The position numbers were made by a program, and so were the translations under genes. This document shows, piece by piece, positions 26,101-32,349 of a stretch of 35,344 nt of DNA. The notes beneath the pieces are model-generated. The model was given only the letters and a program-made list of their open reading frames with translations, was not told the DNA's origin and did not search any database. Every line of letters begins with the position of its first letter. Within the stretch, counting starts at the first letter, position 1. This stretch comes from a virus: IMG/VR virus record IMGVR_UViG_3300045988_151333. One strand, given 5' to 3'.

Positions 26101-26146
26101 TTGACATAATCGTACGTCTATGTTATAATATAATCACAGTTAAGGA
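26101..26146 (+). promoter_or_regulatory. Consensus sigma-70 promoter copy B with the same spacer palindrome
   Basis: -35 TTGACA at 26101-06, 17-nt spacer, -10 TATAAT at 26124-29. AGGAGG RBS at 26143-48. Confidence 0.7.
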
Positions 26147-26156
26147 GGTGATAAGA

Positions 26157-26261
26157 ATGAAAAAGCAAAATCAAAAGCCTACCGCCTTTGAAATTGCATA
26201 TCTTGTTATCGAAGCAATCGTTGCAATCGCTACTTTGATAACGGCAATCAAATGGTGGTAG
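26157..26261 (+). CDS. 34-aa hydrophobic peptide (type I toxin / holin-like toxin candidate)
   Basis: MKKQNQKPTAFEIAYLVIEAIVAIATLITAIKWW. Has a perfect promoter and a perfect RBS, a single TM segment and a WW C-terminus. Confidence 0.5.
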   Translation: MKKQNQKPTAFEIAYLVIEAIVAIATLITAIKWW

Positions 26262-26336
26262 GCTACATAGAGGGGCTTTTGCCCCTCCCCCTTGCGGGAG
26301 TATATATAATATAACACATAGAAAGGAATTTTACAA

Positions 26337-26516
26337 GTGTTCAATAAAAACTTTTGGCTGATTACTCTTTGCGCATTGCTTATAATTTCGATATATACTG
26401 GGCTTAATATATTTTCGAGAATTGCACTCGGTGCAAACGGCTTGATTATATTAGCCGATGTAATTATAAGTGTTCGCAGATTGGCAAAAGAGAAAAAGTG
26501 CAAAGAGAGCGATTAA
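26337..26516 (+). CDS. 59-aa two-TM membrane protein
   Basis: GTG start with a GAAAGGAA RBS 8 nt upstream. Below the ORF-track cutoff. Confidence 0.4.
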   Translation: MFNKNFWLITLCALLIISIYTGLNIFSRIALGANGLIILADVIISVRRLAKEKKCKESD

Positions 26517-26540
26517 AAACTCTCAGCACATCGCAAGTTT

Positions 26541-26565
26541 TGACTTGCATTTGACTTGCATTTTT
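26541..26565 (+). repeat. 25-nt repeat TGACTTGCATTTGACTTGCATTTTT (two tandem 11-mers); candidate integrase arm-type site
   Basis: Exact second copy at 26774-26798. The two copies flank the tRNA-like core. Confidence 0.6.
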
Positions 26566-26625
26566 TCTTTTAAATAGCCGCAAATGGCACAAAATAGCGC
26601 AAAAACGGGTGACATTTTGATAATT

Positions 26626-26672
26626 AAAAAACGCCGAAAGCCCTTGATACACAAGGCTTTTCAGCGTTTTTT
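26626..26672. terminator. Bidirectional terminator hairpin flanked by an A-run and a T-run
   Basis: Outer stem AAAAAACGC/GCGTTTTTT with inner pairing. On the minus strand it directly follows the tRNA 3' end. Confidence 0.6.
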
Positions 26673-26697
26673 GCTGCCGCTTTCAAAAACGGCGTTT

Positions 26698-26735
26698 TGG
26701 AGCGGGTGATGGGAATCGAACCCACTATCTTACAT
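26698..26735 (-). other. attP core: 3' end of a tRNA (T-arm, acceptor 3' strand, discriminator U, CCA), probably tRNA-Gly; not a complete gene
   Basis: The minus strand reads GTGGGTTCGATTCCCATCACCCGCTCCA. No 5' acceptor strand (GCGGGTG) or D-arm within 100 nt. Confidence 0.7.
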
Positions 26736-26767
26736 CGCAAAATCGTTGATATATCAACGATTTTGCG
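26736..26767. repeat. 32-bp perfect palindrome (15-bp arms, 2-nt centre) abutting the attP core
   Basis: CGCAAAATCGTTGAT AT ATCAACGATTTTGCG, read directly. Confidence 0.9.
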
Positions 26768-26773
26768 GAATGC

Positions 26774-26798
26774 TGACTTGCATTTGACTTGCATTTTT
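26774..26798 (+). repeat. Second copy of the 25-nt arm-type repeat
   Basis: Identical to 26541-26565. Confidence 0.6.
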
Positions 26799-26876
26799 AT
26801 TTTTATTTCAAAGCTTCGCCTCAGAAGCACCCAATATCTCGCCCATATTTCAGCGAAGATTTTCGGAGCGGAAAAG

Positions 26877-28052
26877 TCAAAAAGCGGAGCGGATATCCGA
26901 AGCCGTTTTTGCAGTTGACTGCAAAAACTTGTTGAATTTATCAATATCGCTTGATTCTTTTTCCTTAGAAAGATGTGTGTAAATTGAAAGAGTTGTCTTA
27001 ATATCAGAATGTCCGAGTAATTCTTTTGCGGTTAAAACGTCTACGCCGGCATCGTACAGCATTGTTGCGTAAGTGTGGCGCAGGCAATGCGGCGTGAATG
27101 TGTCTATCGTCAAAGGCAGCGTTTTTCTACGGTCGGCAGCTGTGCCGATAAAGCACCCGTATTTCTTGTTAAGGCACAACATATAACTATGCCAAAGTTT
27201 ATCCCAAGCCGAATTTGACATATAACCGCCCACGGTGTTCGGGAAAACGAGCGTTGATTTTTTAGGCATATGTCGCATATAATCGGCAAGAATATCAGGC
27301 ATTTGTATTATGCGATTTCCGGCAGCGGTTTTTGTGGATTTTACGGCTTTAGTTGGCGCGCAATAACTTTTATTTATTGAAATAGTTTTACTATCAAAAT
27401 TCACATCCGACCAAAGAAGCGCGGTAAGCTCCCCGCGGCGAAGCCCTGCAAATAACATTATCATAGCCGCCGGTTGTGCTCGGTGCGGCGTGTCGAGAAT
27501 CCATGCCCGCTGTTCGGCGGTAAGTGCGGAGCGGCTCTTTGAAGGTGTGCCCGCCGGGACGTTCAAAAGTTCTTCAACCGGCGAGCGATCAATAATTCTG
27601 TTAGCTGCACAATATTTAAAAAACTGCTTGATAATCGATGTATATTCGATTAACGTTTTACGCGATGTAGGCTTACCCGAATACGGATTGCAGGCGGCGA
27701 ACGCATCAAGGACGGCTTGAACATCACAAAGCCGAATTTTTGAAATATCAAACTCGCCAAAATGCTGTACGAAGTGATCGAGCCTCTGACTAATGCACTT
27801 ATACCAGCTGGCGGATACGGTGTTTTTTTTCGAAATTAAAAATCGGTTTGCCCAAAAAGCAAAAGTGCGGTTTTCGGAAATCAAATCAACGCCACGATGT
27901 AGCTGTGCACGAAGCTCCGCCGCCTTTTGGTCGGCTTCTTTTTGAGTTTTGCCGTAAACCGATTTATATTTGCGTTTGCCGTCAACGCTGCCGACGTAAA
28001 CTTGAACGACTATTCGGCCGTCGGCGCGGCGGGGGTTTGTTTTCTTCGGCAT
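26877..28052 (-). CDS. int: Tyrosine integrase
   Basis: 391 aa. HCLRHTYATMLYDAG...LLGHSDIKTTLSIYTH. Adjacent to the tRNA-fragment attP. Confidence 0.92.
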   Translation of the reverse strand: MPKKTNPRRADGRIVVQVYVGSVDGKRKYKSVYGKTQKEADQKAAELRAQLHRGVDLISENRTFAFWANRFLISKKNTVSASWYKCISQRLDHFVQHFGEFDISKIRLCDVQAVLDAFAACNPYSGKPTSRKTLIEYTSIIKQFFKYCAANRIIDRSPVEELLNVPAGTPSKSRSALTAEQRAWILDTPHRAQPAAMIMLFAGLRRGELTALLWSDVNFDSKTISINKSYCAPTKAVKSTKTAAGNRIIQMPDILADYMRHMPKKSTLVFPNTVGGYMSNSAWDKLWHSYMLCLNKKYGCFIGTAADRRKTLPLTIDTFTPHCLRHTYATMLYDAGVDVLTAKELLGHSDIKTTLSIYTHLSKEKESSDIDKFNKFLQSTAKTASDIRSAF

Positions 28053-28054
28053 AT

Positions 28055-28204
28055 TTAATCACTTCCTTTTGTTTTTTGATTTACAAATTGAATAATCTCT
28101 TGTTTACCCTCTTCGCTTGCCGTTCTGTAAAAAGCGAGGAGGGCTTTTTCTTGTTCAGTTAATGAATTTGCAGTAGAATAGCGGGCATAAATTACGCCGT
28201 TCAT
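28055..28204 (-). CDS. 49-aa hypothetical protein; the N-terminus resembles the serine-recombinase YxRxST motif
   Basis: MNGVIYARYSTANS... The stop lies 2 nt before the int start. RBS-like GGCGGTG. Below the ORF-track cutoff. Confidence 0.35.
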   Translation of the reverse strand: MNGVIYARYSTANSLTEQEKALLAFYRTASEEGKQEIIQFVNQKTKGSD

Positions 28205-28245
28205 ATTTCACCGCCTTTCAGCCGTTCGATTCGTCGAGCGGCTTT

Positions 28246-29160
28246 TTATTTCACAAGATACACCGTAATTTGCGCTTTTGTTTTTCCGTCGTCATTTTCG
28301 CCGCAAGCGTCGAGAATACCAACGATCTTTTTATGCTCGTTTTCGTTTATGAAGTTTGCGGCAGACTTCGGCAATTCGCCGACTTCTTCGTAAATGTCAT
28401 TAAAAACGACGAAGCAATCGTCGGCGTCTTCGCATTCGATAGTTAGCACGTCGCCTTCGTCGCAATTTAACAAATTATCTTCACGCGTTGTATATTCATC
28501 AATTTTCTTTTTGATTTTCGAGAGGGAAAAACGCTTCGATTCGAATATATCGAGCGGCTTATAAAAGCCGATCTTGTATGTGGCTTTATTATTGCTGACC
28601 GAATATTTGTTGAGATAACCGTCCACGCGCCAGCCGCGCTTTGTGTAATCGTTGAACATATCTTGAACCGTTCCGCGATAGATATATCCGATTTTTGCCC
28701 CGTTAAGATACACGGCGACCGCTTTTTCGTCGTGGGGGTTTTCGGGTTCTTGCTTGAACGTCACCGCCTTTCCACCGTTACCGGGGATATGGTCGAACGC
28801 CCCGTCAAACAAACACAAAGATTCTTCATATTCATAGCAAAGCGCCGCACCGTCTGTAACGTCTTCAAATAAATTGTAATTCTTTTCGCCGTCCGGAACG
28901 CTTTTCTTTTCGGCCGCAGGAGCGGGCGCAACATTCGCGGCGGGAACGATCGCAGGAGCAGGAGCGGACACAGTATTTTTTGTGGCGGGCGCTGGGTTCT
29001 TTTTATCAAGATAAACAAGCGCCGCGCCGCCAGCAATTAAAAGGACGCTACCACCAGCCAACGCCGCTTTATCATCTGTATTTCCAAACAAGCCGAAAAG
29101 ACCGACAACGCCGAACGTGATTAAAACAATACCGATTATAAATTTCTTTCCCTTTTTCAT
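28246..29160 (-). CDS. Membrane-anchored HIRAN-domain protein (2 N-terminal TM segments, Pro/Ala linker, HIRAN)
   Basis: AAGGAG RBS 8 nt upstream of ATG 29160. TM segments FIIGIVLITFGVVGLFGLFG and AALAGGSVLLIAGGAALVYL. HIRAN motif FKQEPENPHDEKAVAVYLNGAKIGYI. Confidence 0.65.
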   Translation of the reverse strand: MKKGKKFIIGIVLITFGVVGLFGLFGNTDDKAALAGGSVLLIAGGAALVYLDKKNPAPATKNTVSAPAPAIVPAANVAPAPAAEKKSVPDGEKNYNLFEDVTDGAALCYEYEESLCLFDGAFDHIPGNGGKAVTFKQEPENPHDEKAVAVYLNGAKIGYIYRGTVQDMFNDYTKRGWRVDGYLNKYSVSNNKATYKIGFYKPLDIFESKRFSLSKIKKKIDEYTTREDNLLNCDEGDVLTIECEDADDCFVVFNDIYEEVGELPKSAANFINENEHKKIVGILDACGENDDGKTKAQITVYLVK

Positions 29161-29232
29161 AGTGGAAGCTCCTTTATGTGTAATAGATCGTAAAAATATA
29201 TACGTTCCCGCTGGGAGCGGGCAAAACAAACG

Positions 29233-29634
29233 TTATTTTGATTCGGTATGTACTGCACCGAAAATCTTTTCCCCTTCCGCAACAACGGAAGCGGCGTCGG
29301 CGGCAATGTTCGCGCCCACCTGAACCCCTAAAAGAGTATCGACCGCGCCTTGCATATCAGGCCGCGCGCGATACGCGAGAACACCCGCCTTTTCCTTTTC
29401 GGAAAGCGCGAACGGCGCTTCGGAAGATTCGTCGCGGAATTCCGCAAGAATATCACCTACATTATATATATCGCATAATTGCATTAAGATTTCGGCGTCA
29501 GGTTGACCGCGGTTATTTTCCCACGCATTGACCGTTTTTCCGCTTTTACCTACCATAGCGCCGACTTGATCGGCGGTCAATCCGCTTTGTTCTCTTAAAC
29601 GTTTTAACGCTTTTGCTATTGATTCACGCGACAT
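29233..29634 (-). CDS. XRE-family HTH protein
   Basis: IAKALKRLREQSGLTADQVGAMVGKSGKTVNAWENNRGQPD. The start is ATG 29634 or GTG 29643. Confidence 0.7.
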   Translation of the reverse strand: MSRESIAKALKRLREQSGLTADQVGAMVGKSGKTVNAWENNRGQPDAEILMQLCDIYNVGDILAEFRDESSEAPFALSEKEKAGVLAYRARPDMQGAVDTLLGVQVGANIAADAASVVAEGEKIFGAVHTESK

Positions 29635-29738
29635 TCTACACACCCCATTCTTTATTGATTGTTAACCCGTTTTCTTTTTTTCTCTGTTTTATACGGTTGT
29701 GAATTTCCATTTAATCACCCATTTTCCGCAGTAAAAAT

Positions 29739-30380
29739 TCAAAACTTGGCGCGAAGTTCAACGACCTTGCCTATAATGCTTACGGGAAGCAATTCAATAT
29801 CGTCGTTACTGTAAGTTTTAACTTCGTAAGCCGGATTCGACGGAACGAGGTTTATTCCGCCGTTGAATTTCTGCACTTTTTTTATTGTTGCTTCGTCGCC
29901 GTTAACAAGAACTATCGCAACCTCGCCGCTCTCGACATCCGGCTGTTTGCGAACAATAACAACATCACCCTCTTTTATGCGTGGCTCCATTGAATCGCCC
30001 TTGATTTGTAATGCGAAAAAATCACCTTGTCGTGCCATATCTTCGCTGATTTCTTCATAATCTAATATATTCTCGACGGCCTCCATCGGAAGCCCAGCGC
30101 GAACGGTACCGAGAACGGGAATTTGTAAAGATTTTGAAAGCTTCTTTGATTCCCTGCTGCAATCATATCCCATGAGCCAAAGTGGATTAACGTGAAAAAT
30201 ATTAGCCAATGAATAAACTGTTGGGAGCTTTGGAAGCATGTGCCCGTTCATATAACGACTTATGGTCGCAGCAGACATCCCGAGCCTTTTGGATATAGAA
30301 TATGTATTTTCGCCAAATTCGGACATTAAATCAGATAAACGCTGCGGGAATGTTTCTTTTTTTATAATTGTTTTTTCCAT
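29739..30380 (-). CDS. CI/LexA-like repressor (N-terminal HTH plus S24 peptidase)
   Basis: N-terminal HTH region. GDSMEP supplies the catalytic Ser and ATIKKV the Lys. Divergent from the cro-like gene. Confidence 0.88.
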   Translation of the reverse strand: MEKTIIKKETFPQRLSDLMSEFGENTYSISKRLGMSAATISRYMNGHMLPKLPTVYSLANIFHVNPLWLMGYDCSRESKKLSKSLQIPVLGTVRAGLPMEAVENILDYEEISEDMARQGDFFALQIKGDSMEPRIKEGDVVIVRKQPDVESGEVAIVLVNGDEATIKKVQKFNGGINLVPSNPAYEVKTYSNDDIELLPVSIIGKVVELRAKF

Positions 30381-30541
30381 TTAAAATCACCTTACCTTAT
30401 GGTAATATTATAACGAATTGTTGCAAAAGTCAACAACAAAAAACAGAAAAAGCAAAAAAATGTTGCAAAAAGCATTGACAAGTTATTTAAACAGTGATAA
30501 CATAAATATTGCGAAACGCAATAAAAGGGAGGCGAACGAAG
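30381..30541. promoter_or_regulatory. Genetic switch region with divergent promoters and operator-like repeats
   Basis: Plus strand: TTGACA (30475-80), 17-nt spacer, TGaTAACAT extended -10. Minus strand: TATAAT at 30412-30407. TGTTGCAAAA occurs twice (30419, 30461). Palindrome ATTGCGAAACGCAAT at 30508-22. Confidence 0.6.
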
Positions 30542-30766
30542 ATGAAAAGAAAATATCCTGAGCTTAAGAAAATAAAAGGGAGGATAACCGAAATGGGTGA
30601 AACTTATAGGTCTATAAGCGAAAAAACGGGAATACCGCTTAATTCTTTATCAAATAAGATAAACGGAAAATCGCTTTTTGACATTCTCGAAGTTTCGAAA
30701 ATATGCGCGGTATTGGATATTCCAGCAAATGAAATTCCGATTTTTTTTGAAGTAAATGTTGCATAA
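30542..30766 (+). CDS. Cro-like XRE HTH protein
   Basis: GGGAGG RBS. YRSISEKTGIPLNSLSNKINGK. The 30509 start in the ORF track lies upstream of the RBS. Confidence 0.7.
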   Translation: MKRKYPELKKIKGRITEMGETYRSISEKTGIPLNSLSNKINGKSLFDILEVSKICAVLDIPANEIPIFFEVNVA

Positions 30767-30784
30767 CGCAACAAAGGAGCTTTT

Positions 30785-30988
30785 ATGTCAGTTAAAATTT
30801 TTACAAAAAAAATAACCTCGTGGGAAAGCTTACCCGTGCTTTTAGACATCGAAACTGTGTGCTGCCTTTTGCAGTGTTCTGAAAATACGGCGATAAAGCT
30901 TTGTAAGAACGGGGAAATCAAAGGGAAAAAGCTCGGCAATATGTGGCGAGTAAGCAGAGACAGTCTGCGCGATTTCTTTATGAACTAA
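30785..30988 (+). CDS. Excisionase-family HTH (HTH_17) protein
   Basis: LLDIETVCCLLQCSENTAIKLCKNGEIKGKKLGNMWRVSRDSL. Confidence 0.6.
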   Translation: MSVKIFTKKITSWESLPVLLDIETVCCLLQCSENTAIKLCKNGEIKGKKLGNMWRVSRDSLRDFFMN

Positions 30989-31000
30989 AGGAGATTTAAA

Positions 31001-31183
31001 ATGATTATCAGCACAACACTTGAAGCGTTAGGCATTGCGGCGTTGATAGCCGCTTACTATCACGAAGACAAATTTATTAAATTTGAAAGCGACTGCCGCG
31101 AAATATATCGCGCGTGCAAGCGTCAGGGAATATCGGCTTGCGACTTGTTCAAGATGATTTGCCGCGAGGAGCTGAAAAAATGA
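31001..31183 (+). CDS. Small protein with an N-terminal TM segment
   Basis: 60-aa ORF with an AAGGAG RBS. Confidence 0.45.
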   Translation: MIISTTLEALGIAALIAAYYHEDKFIKFESDCREIYRACKRQGISACDLFKMICREELKK

Positions 31184-31440
31184 TTTCGAATAAACGAACA
31201 AAAAATCGCAGAATCATTGCTCGGCACAATGACGACCCGGAAAAGAAAGAGTATATCCCCGACCCGAATTTTCCGTACAGCATTTGCAAAACTTGCGCAT
31301 TCCTATACAAGCCGAATCAATGCATGCAAATACAAATGTGCGTAAGCCTCGCCGACCAAGGCAAGCCGCGAGACAGAAACGCGACAAACGAGCATTGCGA
31401 AACATACAAGCCGAAGAGACGAGAGGTTAAGCCGTGGTGA
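31180..31440 (+). CDS. Cys-rich hypothetical protein
   Basis: ATG 31180 overlaps the upstream stop (ATGA). 86 aa. Confidence 0.45.
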   Translation: MISNKRTKNRRIIARHNDDPEKKEYIPDPNFPYSICKTCAFLYKPNQCMQIQMCVSLADQGKPRDRNATNEHCETYKPKRREVKPW

Positions 31441-31760
31441 ATGAAGAAGAGCTGCGCCCGTTCCTTTATGAAAGCAAATACGGCTACCGAGTGAACATAA
31501 GGAATCCATATGTCGCAAAGCTGTTTACACGCTTCAGAGATAAGCTCGGGCTTCCGACATGGTGCCCGTGCAACGACATAGAAAGGCTCGAATTTGAGAC
31601 GGCGGTTATTCCGCTACTCGAAAAAAGATTCGGAACAAAAGCCCCGAAAGTCAATGTGCCGCAACATATCAGAGAGCGGCTGCCGGTTGAGCTTGTAGCG
31701 ACCCTCTACGGCTTAGACGAAGAATTTATGTTGAATTTAGAAAAAAACACAAAAAAATAG
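31434..31760 (+). CDS. Hypothetical protein
   Basis: 108-aa ORF with a GTG start overlapping the upstream stop. Confidence 0.45.
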   Translation: MVNEEELRPFLYESKYGYRVNIRNPYVAKLFTRFRDKLGLPTWCPCNDIERLEFETAVIPLLEKRFGTKAPKVNVPQHIRERLPVELVATLYGLDEEFMLNLEKNTKK

Positions 31761-31845
31761 CCGCCCTGCGCAGCAACGCAAGACGGCCGCCCGGTAAATA
31801 CCGAAGCAAAATCATGTATAAATATTATATCAAGAAATTCGGTAT

Positions 31846-32349
31846 TTGTCAAATTTTCAAAACGTCCGTTTGGGCGTTTGGCGGCCTTGTATTCTATCGT
31901 ATCTTTTCAAGCAAAAAGAAGACGCAAACGGCTACAATGCAAAAGAAAAGGAAGTGACAAATACTTTGTTTTTTAAAAATCAGTCAGTCAATCAGTCATT
32001 CGATGAAACGCTCGGAAAAATCAAAGCCCAAATTGAAATAGACAGTGTCCCTGTTGAGCTTCTATTACAAGCTGAAGAGCTTGCGGTTATCATCGCCGAG
32101 GTTATGAGGCTTCGGCAATCTGACGCGCTCAAGGTCGGAGGGGTTATACGCCCGGCCGGAGATGTTCAGGCTGTTTTCGCGAAAATCGAAAACGAGCACA
32201 TCATATACGTGCTTGAGCATTACAACGAAGTGCCGTATCGGATACGGAATCCGAAGCAGTACCTGCGCACGGCTCTTTATAACTCCGTTTTTGAAATCAA
32301 CAACGCCGCTGCGAACCTATACAGTGCCACGGAAGGCGGGCGGCCATGA
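31846..32349 (+). CDS. Replication-associated accessory protein (start uncertain; TTG 31966 with an AAGGAAGTG RBS is an alternative)
   Basis: Stop overlaps the Rep start (ATGA). The C-terminal IRNPKQYLRTALYNSVFE pattern resembles replisome-organiser-type C-termini. Confidence 0.45.
   Translation: MSNFQNVRLGVWRPCILSYLFKQKEDANGYNAKEKEVTNTLFFKNQSVNQSFDETLGKIKAQIEIDSVPVELLLQAEELAVIIAEVMRLRQSDALKVGGVIRPAGDVQAVFAKIENEHIIYVLEHYNEVPYRIRNPKQYLRTALYNSVFEINNAAANLYSATEGGRP

Noticed and set aside
26270-26287. The GAGGGGC-TTTT-GCCCCTC hairpin as a terminator of the 34-aa peptide transcript
   Set aside because: No U-run follows on either strand. It may be an RNA stability or antisense-interaction element, so I did not annotate it as a terminator.
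26698-26790. Possible complete tRNA gene on the minus strand
   Set aside because: Only the T-arm, acceptor 3' strand and CCA are present. No GCGGGTG 5' acceptor strand, D-arm or credible anticodon arm lies upstream. The 15-bp hairpin next to it is far too long for a tRNA arm. I interpret it as the attP core.
26541-26798. The 25-nt direct repeats as a mini CRISPR array
   Set aside because: There are only two copies, 208 nt apart. Each is itself a tandem 11-mer, they flank a tRNA fragment next to an integrase, and there are no cas genes. Arm-type integrase sites fit better.
26624-26944. ORFs 26697..26918 (+) and 26624..26944 (-) across the attP region
   Set aside because: They run through the tRNA fragment, a palindrome, repeats and the integrase 3' end. 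They have no RBS and low-complexity products, so they are spurious.
29636-29710. 24-aa minus-strand ORF (MEIHNRIKQRKKENGLTINKEWGV) that looks like the first helix of an XRE HTH, ending 1 nt before the XRE gene start
   Set aside because: It is too short to fold as an HTH. It is probably a remnant of module exchange or a leader peptide. I noted it but did not call it a gene.
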